This document shows, in pieces, positions 19,284 to 27,016 of a stretch of DNA of 64,000 nt. The notes under the pieces are model-generated. The model searched no databases, was not told the DNA's origin, and saw nothing but the letters and a program-made list of their open reading frames with translations. The stretch's first letter is position 1. Every line of letters begins with the position of its first letter. Both the position numbers and the translations under genes were made by a program. The DNA is from Flavobacteriales bacterium (GTDB lineage Bacteria > Bacteroidota > Bacteroidia > NS11-12g > UBA955): the NCBI GenBank assembly GCA_947457565.1, contig CANGWH010000003.1, positions 1,764-65,763 of the forward strand, in the 5' to 3' direction.

Positions 19284-20348
19284 ATGACGAAGGTTCATAA
19301 TTTCTCTGCAGGACCATCTATTTTGGCCGAGAGTGCATTTGCAAAAAGTGTTCAAGATATTCAAAATTTTGCTGGAACAGGATTAAGTGTTTTAGAGGTT
19401 TCGCATCGCGGAAAGCAGTTTGAAGCAGTAATGGCCGAAACTGAGAATTTAGTTAGAGAGTTATTGGGAATATCGCAAGATTACGATGTTTTGTTCCTTC
19501 AAGGCGGTGCTTCAACCCAATTCTTTCAAATTCCATTAAATTTTCTTAAGCAATCGGCTGCATATACAGATACTGGAACTTGGGCAAACCGTGCAATTAA
19601 AGAAGCGCAGGGATATGGTGAAGTGAATGTGTTAGCATCATCAAAAGATTCAAACTATACATTTATACCAAAGAATTACGAAATTCCTTCATCGGTAGAT
19701 TATTTCCACTGTACCTCAAATAATACAATTTATGGGACGCAAATTCAACAATTTCCGCATTGCGAAGTACCATTGATTTGTGATATGAGTTCCGATATTT
19801 TTTCTCGACCTATTGAGGCCAATAAATTTTCTCTGATTTATGCCGGTGCTCAAAAAAATATGGGGCCTGCCGGTGTAACGTTGGTGATTGTTAGAAAAGA
19901 TATGTATGGTAGAAAAGCCAATCGACATATACCAACAATGATGGATTATAAAATCCATGCCGATAATGGGAGTATGTATAACACGCCTCCTGTATTCCCA
20001 ATTCTAGTTTCTAAATATAACTTAGAATGGGTAAAAGAAATTGGAGGTTTAACGGCGATGGAAAAGCGTAATGAAGAAAAGGCTTCAACGTTATATACTG
20101 CTATCGATAATAGTCCGTACTTTAAAGGAACCACTGCTATTGAGGATCGTTCTAAAATGAATGTTACGTTCGTATTTGAAAAAGAACACGAAGGTTTAGC
20201 AGAGAAATTCGATGCGGCTTGTAAAGAAGCACAATTGAGCGGTTTAAAAGGTCATCGCAGTGTTGGTGGATATCGCGCATCGTTGTATAATGCATTGCCC
20301 TTGGATAGCGTTCAGGCTTTGGTAAACGTAATGGAAACATTTGCTTAA
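19284..20348 (+). CDS. serC: Phosphoserine aminotransferase
   Basis: HNFSAGP, SHR, LQGGAS, DMSSD, YAGAQKNMGPAG, GHRSVGG. Confidence 0.96.
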   Translation: MTKVHNFSAGPSILAESAFAKSVQDIQNFAGTGLSVLEVSHRGKQFEAVMAETENLVRELLGISQDYDVLFLQGGASTQFFQIPLNFLKQSAAYTDTGTWANRAIKEAQGYGEVNVLASSKDSNYTFIPKNYEIPSSVDYFHCTSNNTIYGTQIQQFPHCEVPLICDMSSDIFSRPIEANKFSLIYAGAQKNMGPAGVTLVIVRKDMYGRKANRHIPTMMDYKIHADNGSMYNTPPVFPILVSKYNLEWVKEIGGLTAMEKRNEEKASTLYTAIDNSPYFKGTTAIEDRSKMNVTFVFEKEHEGLAEKFDAACKEAQLSGLKGHRSVGGYRASLYNALPLDSVQALVNVMETFA

Positions 20349-20358
20349 TAAAAAACTG

Positions 20359-21306
20359 ATGAAAATATTAGCCAACGATGGGATTGATAATGCCGGCAAG
20401 TTGCTTTTAGAGGCTGCTGGATTTCAGGTAGTTACCGATAAAATTTCGCAGAACGAACTCGCTCAAAAAATTAGCGATTTTGATGTTATAATTGTTCGAA
20501 GTGCCACAAAAGTCACTGGCGAAATTATAGAAAATAGTAATTTGAAATTAATTGCTCGAGCCGGTGTTGGTCTAGATAATATAGATATTAAGGCCGCAGG
20601 GGAAAAAAATATCCCAGTGCTGAATACACCCAATGCTTCCAGTAGATCAGTGGCAGAATTAGTCTTTGCGCACATGTTTTCTTTGGCAAGATTCCTTCAT
20701 TTGTCGAATAGAGAAATGCCAAATAATGGGATTTCAAGTTTTAAAGATTTGAAAAAGCACTATTCTGAAGGTTTTGAATTAACAGGCAAGAAATTGGGTA
20801 TAATCGGTTTTGGCAGAATTGGTCAAGAAGTCGCAAAAATTGCAGTGGGTTTAGGAATGGAAGTTTTGGTGTACGATTATAAACAGCGAGAATTCGACTT
20901 AACCATCGCGTTGGCTCGTCCATACCAAAATCATAACTTTCAGATTACATTAAAAGGAATGGGGATGGATGAAATATTAAGTAATGCTGATTTCGTCTCT
21001 GTTCATACACCAGGAAGTACCGAAGTTATTGGAAAAAATGAAATTGAAAAAATGAAAAAAGGTGCAATTTTGATTAATTGCGCTAGAGGTGGGGTTGTTA
21101 ATGAAGATGCTGTTTTTGATGCAATGAATAATCGTCATTTATCGGCAATTGGCTTTGATGTATTTCAAGAAGAGCCTCCGATAAATACAACTATTTTAGG
21201 AATACAAAATGCCTCTCTTACGCCTCATATTGGCGCTTCTACTGCAGAGGCTCAAGAACGTGTAGGGTTAGAACTAGCGGAAAAAATAATTTCATTCTTT
21301 AAATAA
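20359..21306 (+). CDS. serA: D-3-phosphoglycerate dehydrogenase (short form, no ACT domain)
   Basis: VRSAT, RAGVGLDNID, GFGRIG, INCARGG, TPHIGAST; lies between serC and DUF1015; ATG at 20359. Confidence 0.88.
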   Translation: MKILANDGIDNAGKLLLEAAGFQVVTDKISQNELAQKISDFDVIIVRSATKVTGEIIENSNLKLIARAGVGLDNIDIKAAGEKNIPVLNTPNASSRSVAELVFAHMFSLARFLHLSNREMPNNGISSFKDLKKHYSEGFELTGKKLGIIGFGRIGQEVAKIAVGLGMEVLVYDYKQREFDLTIALARPYQNHNFQITLKGMGMDEILSNADFVSVHTPGSTEVIGKNEIEKMKKGAILINCARGGVVNEDAVFDAMNNRHLSAIGFDVFQEEPPINTTILGIQNASLTPHIGASTAEAQERVGLELAEKIISFFK

Positions 21307-21312
21307 CTTATT

Positions 21313-22530
21313 GTGTTAAAGTCATTGCCGTTAAGGTCTTTGATTGCTGCTGCTGGATTTGAAAATTCGGTATCAACTTATGGTTCTGGTAAATTGCCTG
21401 ATAATGAGTTGCGTGAATTAGCAATTTCAAATCCTAATTCTTTCATTCGCGTGGTAAAACCACAATTCTTAGATGATACTATTCTACCCGGAACTTCAGA
21501 ATTCCTTGAAGCAAGTAGTAGTCATTTAATGACGTTAATTCAAAATAATGTATTGCAGTCTTTGCCAAACGGAGTCTTTCTCTATTCTCAATTTCAACCT
21601 CAAACTCAACAATTATTGATGGGTTGGGTTGTGGGAATTACTGCTGATAGTTATTTTACCGGATACATTAAAAAACATGAAAATACGTTAGAGGGTAAGG
21701 AAAATCGACTGGTTGATCACCTCGAAGCATTAGATTCAATGGCCGAGCCAGTTTTATTGGCCAATAAATTTAATGAAGAACTAATTGAGTTGATGTCTGC
21801 AAAATATTCTGAAAATCCATTGATTTCCGTAACGGATAATTATGGATTTATACATCAATTGCGGGGAGAATTTGATGAAGTAATATATAATCATATTTTA
21901 AGTCTTATTGACAATATTGGTTCATTGTATATTGCCGATGGTCATCATCGTTTTGCAGCAGCTTCTAAGTATTTGAAAAAACACAATTGGTCGTTTTCTA
22001 AAGGTGTAATGTCATTAGTTATGAATCAGGAGGATTTATCCATTAAATCTTTCTATAGATTGGTGAAATATTCAGAACCAATTGATTTTGAATCTGAAAT
22101 TTCTAAACTAGGGATAGAGTATTCTAAATGCGAATTATCCGATACTGAAAATTGCAACCTAAATTCTGGTGAAATTATCGCAATCACAGGAAAGGGAGAT
22201 TATAAATTAAATCTTTCTACGCATTTGTCCTCACAGCACAATGCTGTGGATGAATTGGAAGTTACCCAATTAGAGAATCAAATTTTAGGCCCACTGTTCA
22301 AATTATACGATAGCAAGACGGATGGTCGAATTTCCTTTTTACGAGGAGATATTCCTATATATAAAATTAAAGAGAAACTTAAAAAAGATGAGGTGGACTT
22401 CGTGTTTGTACTACCTGCAAATACTTTTTCTCAAGTGATGAATGTAGCTGATCAGCAACTAACTATGCCTCCAAAAAGCACCTGGATAGAGCCCAAGTTG
22501 ATGACAGGGTTTATTATTCAGCAATTTTAA
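21313..22530 (+). CDS. DUF1015 family protein
   Basis: IKKHENT, YIADGHHR, MPPKSTWIEPKL motifs; serC-serA operon context. Confidence 0.85.
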   Translation: MLKSLPLRSLIAAAGFENSVSTYGSGKLPDNELRELAISNPNSFIRVVKPQFLDDTILPGTSEFLEASSSHLMTLIQNNVLQSLPNGVFLYSQFQPQTQQLLMGWVVGITADSYFTGYIKKHENTLEGKENRLVDHLEALDSMAEPVLLANKFNEELIELMSAKYSENPLISVTDNYGFIHQLRGEFDEVIYNHILSLIDNIGSLYIADGHHRFAAASKYLKKHNWSFSKGVMSLVMNQEDLSIKSFYRLVKYSEPIDFESEISKLGIEYSKCELSDTENCNLNSGEIIAITGKGDYKLNLSTHLSSQHNAVDELEVTQLENQILGPLFKLYDSKTDGRISFLRGDIPIYKIKEKLKKDEVDFVFVLPANTFSQVMNVADQQLTMPPKSTWIEPKLMTGFIIQQF

Positions 22531-22545
22531 TATAATAGTAATATA

Positions 22546-23178
22546 TTATCCGAAGGAAATTAACTCATTTTTCAGTTTTCGAACTTTCGCTAAGTTGGAT
22601 AAGAAGTCATTTTCCGAATCACGGTACCCTACAGCTAGAATTACAGAACAAGACAGTTTCTCGTTATCCTTATTTATAATTGCATCTACGGCTTTGCGAT
22701 TAAATCCTTCCATAGGTGTGGTGTCAACTTTCAAAGTTGCTGCTGTTGTCATAGCAATACCTAAAGCAATATAGGTTTGCATGCTTGACCATGAGAATAC
22801 GTCTTGCTCAGACATTCCACCCGTGAATTTTTCAATATTTGATTTGAATCCTTCAAGTTTTTCTAACGGTGTTCCACGGGTTAATGAAATTCTGTTCATA
22901 TACTCAGAGATATTTTCAGTTGAAACGGACTTCCATGCATTGAAAAAAAGCAAATGACTGGCTTCTTTTATTTGTGGCTGGTTACTGCACGCCGTTAATA
23001 GCGATTCTCTAAGTGAGCTACTTTTATCTAAAACTAGCACTTCGTAAGCTTGTAAACCCAACGATGTAGGTGTAAGGACAATGCTGTCTAAAATAATATC
23101 TAAAATTTCGTCTTTAACTATTTCATCAGAATATCTCTTGGTAGCATAACGCCATTTCAAATCATCTATAATTTCCAT
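22546..23178 (-). CDS. NAD(P)H-dependent nitroreductase (NfsB-like)
   Basis: WRYATK, TPTSLGLQ, NQPQI, DTTPMEGF, AVGYR, KVRK. Confidence 0.9.
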   Translation of the reverse strand: MEIIDDLKWRYATKRYSDEIVKDEILDIILDSIVLTPTSLGLQAYEVLVLDKSSSLRESLLTACSNQPQIKEASHLLFFNAWKSVSTENISEYMNRISLTRGTPLEKLEGFKSNIEKFTGGMSEQDVFSWSSMQTYIALGIAMTTAATLKVDTTPMEGFNRKAVDAIINKDNEKLSCSVILAVGYRDSENDFLSNLAKVRKLKNELISFG

Positions 23179-23218
23179 ATACAAGAAATAAACCTTGGAA
23201 AACGTAAAAAGTTTGGTG

Positions 23219-23557
23219 CTAAAACAGAGACAGCTGTTTTTTCTCTTTTGCTTCTACAATTAAACCAAATAATTCGGCTGTGTCGTTGTGTGTTTTTTGA
23301 AGTTGTTTAATATCAATAGCATAAATACTACTAGTCTTATGACTTTTCATCGATATTAATCCACCTTCTTTCAATTTCTGTAAATGGCCAGAAACCGTAC
23401 TTTGACTGTAGGGTAAATGATCTACTATTTGCTGGCAGGTGCTAGGACCTTCTGATAATAAATACTTTAGGATGGTGATTCTTGCAGGATGTCCCATTGC
23501 TTTCGTTACTTCGGCGATTTCTTCTAATGCGGAGTTGAATTGTGCTCTTTTAACCAT
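23219..23557 (-). CDS. ArsR/SmtB family transcriptional regulator
   Basis: KAMGHPARITIL, LPYSQSTVSGHLQKLKEGGLI winged HTH. Confidence 0.9.
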   Translation of the reverse strand: MVKRAQFNSALEEIAEVTKAMGHPARITILKYLLSEGPSTCQQIVDHLPYSQSTVSGHLQKLKEGGLISMKSHKTSSIYAIDIKQLQKTHNDTAELFGLIVEAKEKKQLSLF

Positions 23558-23574
23558 TACTATATTAATTGCTC

Positions 23575-23590
23575 ATTGCAAATATACGAT
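23575..23590 (-). promoter_or_regulatory. Promoter -7 element (TATATTTG, 23586-23579) overlapped by an imperfect palindrome; possible ArsR autoregulatory operator
   Basis: ATTGCA-AATA-TACGAT (ATyGyA-N4-TrCrAT), 10/16 self-complementary, over the TAnnTTTG element upstream of arsR. Confidence 0.4.
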
Positions 23591-23689
23591 AATACTAATT
23601 AAATATGGATTTATCGCAAATAAATAATAAAGTCTTAATTTAAATAGTTAAAATACGATGATACACAATAAGATGAATCAAAATTCTCT

Positions 23690-23703
23690 ATGATATTTAT
23701 CAT
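23690..23703. promoter_or_regulatory. FNR-type box upstream of the cbb3 maturation cluster
   Basis: ATGAT-ATTT-ATCAT matches the TGAT-N4-ATCA core; a second ATCA half-site lies 22 bp upstream (23677-23680). Confidence 0.65.
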
Positions 23704-23718
23704 GCTTCTTCACAATTT

Positions 23719-24279
23719 ATGTCATTGAATCCGGATAGCATAGAACATAATTTGCTTGTGATTTTTTTCATGTTTATAAAAAAGAATTTGACGTTAGTGC
23801 AAGCTATGGTGCAATTAGAAACCATTTTCTATCCTCGATTAGAAAGGGCTATCCGTAAATTAAGTGTTGATGTATTGGTATTAGCAGCTGGAGATAAACG
23901 TGAATTGCAGTTTTTGGATATTTTAAGCGAATTACAATCAGAATTTATCATGTTGCAACAATTGGATTTAAACGTATTCTTACCTAAGTTGATTTCAGTA
24001 AGTGAGGGTTCCGAATGTTGTTCAGACAATAGTGGTAATCTATTAAATTCAATGGAAAGAGTGTCTGCGAAGAGAAAGAAAATAGTAAACCAAACTCTAG
24101 AATTAAATCAGCTGTGTAACAATTTTATGTCAGAAAGGCACTGGACGGAAACAAAATTGAATAGTTGTAAATCTCTTTTTCGATTTTATAAGCATTTAAT
24201 TGAATATATCAATTTTCAAGAACTAACCGTTGTTCAAGCCATTCACAAACATTTAGAAAGTCCAATTTCAAGTAAATAG
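23719..24279 (+). CDS. Hypothetical protein, degenerate hemerythrin/RIC (ScdA/YtfE)-like helical bundle; true start may be ATG 23770
   Basis: Helical pattern LQSEFIMLQQLDLNVFLPKL and LCNNF...FYKHLIEYINFQE resembles RIC helices but lacks the His ligands; 7 bp from ccoI. Confidence 0.5.
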   Translation: MSLNPDSIEHNLLVIFFMFIKKNLTLVQAMVQLETIFYPRLERAIRKLSVDVLVLAAGDKRELQFLDILSELQSEFIMLQQLDLNVFLPKLISVSEGSECCSDNSGNLLNSMERVSAKRKKIVNQTLELNQLCNNFMSERHWTETKLNSCKSLFRFYKHLIEYINFQELTVVQAIHKHLESPISSK

Positions 24280-24286
24280 TGGAATT

Positions 24287-26770
24287 ATGAACGTTGAAAA
24301 TCAAAATAAGTCAATAATTTACAGTTGCTTTCACTGCGGCGTTAAAACGCGGAAAGCTTTAATATTTGACGACCATGAATTTTGTTGTATTGGGTGCAAG
24401 AATGTATATCAAATATTAACTAAGAATAATCTTTGTAAATATTATGATTTAAATAATCAACCAGGCAATAATATTCAAGTAACTAACGAAAATTATGCAA
24501 AATTTAATTTTTTAGAAGAAGAGAGCTTATTGAAACCTCTACTGTCATTTGATAGTTCAGAATTAAGGAGATTGAGCTTTTATTTACCGCAAATACATTG
24601 TAGCTCGTGCTTATATCTATTAGAAAACTTACATAAATTAAATCCATACATTGCTTCGTCTCAGTTGAATTTCACCAAGAAAGAACTTTCTGTATCATAT
24701 TTCAAATCAACTATTTCTGCCAAGGACATTGCGATTTTGTTGAGCGCGTTGGGCTATGAACCTTATTTTAGTTTAAGTGATATTAGAAACTCAGAGTCAA
24801 AACAAGTACTAGGTAGAAATAAGCGACTTTACCGATTGGGTGTTGCTGGTTTTGCTTTCAGCAATATCATGTTGATGAGTTTTCCTGAGTATTTCGATTG
24901 GGGCAACGATGTAGATGGTTTGGGTGTTTACTTTCAGTGGTTTAGTTTCATCCTGTCAATTCCTGTTGTCTTATATTCTGCCCAAGAATTCTACGTTATT
25001 GCTTGGGGTGGAATAAAAAAGAAATATTTAACCATTGATCTTCCTATTGTGTTAGCATTGGTAATCACCTTTAGTAGGAGCGTTTATGAGATTACTACCA
25101 ATTCTGGTCCAGGATATTTTGATTCCCTTACGGGCATTGTGTTCTTTATGTTGATGGGTCGATATTTACAAGACAAAACTTACGAAAATTTATCGTTTTC
25201 TCGCGATTATTCGAGTTATTTCCCGCTTAGTGCTCATGTTTGGCACGCTGGAAAAGAACAAGAGGTAGCCATAAATGATATAAAAATAGAGGATCAAATA
25301 ATTGTTCATAATCAAGAAATTATTGTTTGCGACGGGATTCTAGCCAGCGGTTTGGCGGTGATTGATTACAGTTTTGTTACTGGGGAAAGTTCGCCGGTTA
25401 CAATAAAAGAAGGAGAGTGGTTATATGCAGGAGGCCGACAATTGGGACCTTCTATTCGATTGATTGCTCAGAAAACTGTGGCACATGGTTATCTTGTTTC
25501 ACTTTGGAATCAATCGGCGAAAGACAATGAACTTCATAAAAAAGAGATCCCAATTGAAACAGATGAAAATAAATATATCCATGTGGCATCTCAGTGGTTT
25601 ACGATTGGATTATTTCTAATTGCTATAGCGGCGGTTTTATATTGGCTGTATATGGATTCCTCACAAATTTTACATGTTGTTACATCTATATTGATTGTGG
25701 CTTGTCCGTGTGCTTTGCTTCTGAGCGTAACATTCACCAACGGACATATATTGTCGGCTTTAGCAAGACATGGAATGTACCTTAGAAACGCTACCGCCCT
25801 AGAAAGGTGGCGCAATACAGATGTGGTTGTTTTCGATAAAACAGGTACCCTAACAGACACTATACAACCAGACATTAATTATTCGGGTAAATCGCTAACG
25901 GATGAACAATTGGATATTGTGGCGGCTGTTGCTAAGGAGAGTATTCATCCAATTGCTCGTGCTATTTCTAAATTTTTAGATAGGGTACAAGTTCCGTTGG
26001 AGGAAGTAGAAAATGTAAGTGGGCAAGGAGTAGAAGCTGTTTTTGGGGTTGATAAAATTCAACTTGGTAATAGAGCGTTTGTTGGATTGAGTGAAACCTA
26101 TGTTGTTGGTGAGTCCGGTTTGAAAGAATCGTTGCAATCTGCATTAGGTAGTGAAATTTGGTTGAAATTCAATAAAGAAATTTTAGGTGTTTTCAGGGTA
26201 AAAAGTCGATATCGTCAAAACCTAGAATTCATGATGACATCCGTAAATAAACGCGCGCATATTTCTATTCTCAGTGGAGATAATTCTTCCGAAGAAAAAG
26301 AACTTTTAAAACTAATACCATCAAATACTCCAGTAAAGTTTGATGCAAAACCGCATGAAAAAAAAGACTATATCGTACAATTGCAATTAATGGGTAAAAA
26401 TGTAATGATGGTTGGGGATGGTTTAAATGATGTTGCGGCAATGCAACAGGCAAATTTCAGTGTTGCAGTTACAGAAAATGTCGGATTTTTTACACCTGGC
26501 AGCGATGCCATAATTCTCGGAAATTCGTTGAACCACCTGCATGAATTATGGAAATTGGCCCATAGAGCAAAAAAGGTAATTTGGTGGAGTTTTGCAATCA
26601 GCATAATATACAACATTGTGGGTCTAAGTTTTGCCATTTCGGGGACATTAAATCCATTGGTTGCCGCGATTCTTATGCCAACAAGTTCTATAACTATTGT
26701 GATTTTTACCTATTTGGCTTCTAACTGGGGATATTGGTTAAAAGGTGATAAAAATCATCTAGTTCGTTGA
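24287..26770 (+). CDS. ccoI: Heavy-metal (Cu) P1B-type ATPase for cbb3 oxidase maturation
   Basis: CFHCG and FCCIGC N-terminal domain, CSSC HMA, TGES, CPC, DKTGT, GDGLND, YN motif; cbb3 cluster context. Confidence 0.92.
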   Translation: MNVENQNKSIIYSCFHCGVKTRKALIFDDHEFCCIGCKNVYQILTKNNLCKYYDLNNQPGNNIQVTNENYAKFNFLEEESLLKPLLSFDSSELRRLSFYLPQIHCSSCLYLLENLHKLNPYIASSQLNFTKKELSVSYFKSTISAKDIAILLSALGYEPYFSLSDIRNSESKQVLGRNKRLYRLGVAGFAFSNIMLMSFPEYFDWGNDVDGLGVYFQWFSFILSIPVVLYSAQEFYVIAWGGIKKKYLTIDLPIVLALVITFSRSVYEITTNSGPGYFDSLTGIVFFMLMGRYLQDKTYENLSFSRDYSSYFPLSAHVWHAGKEQEVAINDIKIEDQIIVHNQEIIVCDGILASGLAVIDYSFVTGESSPVTIKEGEWLYAGGRQLGPSIRLIAQKTVAHGYLVSLWNQSAKDNELHKKEIPIETDENKYIHVASQWFTIGLFLIAIAAVLYWLYMDSSQILHVVTSILIVACPCALLLSVTFTNGHILSALARHGMYLRNATALERWRNTDVVVFDKTGTLTDTIQPDINYSGKSLTDEQLDIVAAVAKESIHPIARAISKFLDRVQVPLEEVENVSGQGVEAVFGVDKIQLGNRAFVGLSETYVVGESGLKESLQSALGSEIWLKFNKEILGVFRVKSRYRQNLEFMMTSVNKRAHISILSGDNSSEEKELLKLIPSNTPVKFDAKPHEKKDYIVQLQLMGKNVMMVGDGLNDVAAMQQANFSVAVTENVGFFTPGSDAIILGNSLNHLHELWKLAHRAKKVIWWSFAISIIYNIVGLSFAISGTLNPLVAAILMPTSSITIVIFTYLASNWGYWLKGDKNHLVR

Positions 26771-26779
26771 GACTTGTCA
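26746..26779. promoter_or_regulatory. Tandem FNR-type boxes upstream of ccoS-ccoNO
   Basis: TGAT-AAAA-ATCA (26746-26757) and TGAG-ACTT-GTCA (26768-26779), 22 bp apart. Confidence 0.65.
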
Positions 26780-26832
26780 TTTTTTAATGTATTTCTACAA
26801 TAGAATTTTGGATCAATAATTAATCCAAAGTT

Positions 26833-26991
26833 ATGGCGGTGATTTTAATCCTGATGACATGTAGCATTTTGGTGGCAGGTGGCTTTTTAGTAGCGTATTT
26901 ATGGAGTGTGAAATCAGGTCAATATGATGACATAGAGGGTGGAGGATTACGTTTATTGAATGAATCTGAAGTTGAAATTTCAAAAGAATAA
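26833..26991 (+). CDS. ccoS: cbb3-type cytochrome oxidase assembly protein CcoS (52 aa)
   Basis: Not in ORF track; manual translation MAVILILMTCSILVAGGFLVAYLWSVKSGQYDDIEGGGLRLLNESEVEISKE with the WSVKSGQYDD signature. Confidence 0.92.
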   Translation: MAVILILMTCSILVAGGFLVAYLWSVKSGQYDDIEGGGLRLLNESEVEISKE

Positions 26992-27016
26992 AACTAATAA
27001 TTAATACAGTACTATC

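Noticed and set aside
23565-23576. Three-codon uORF (ATG AGC AAT TAA) before arsR
   Set aside because: The ATG is only 2 nt from the -7 element and is probably not fully transcribed
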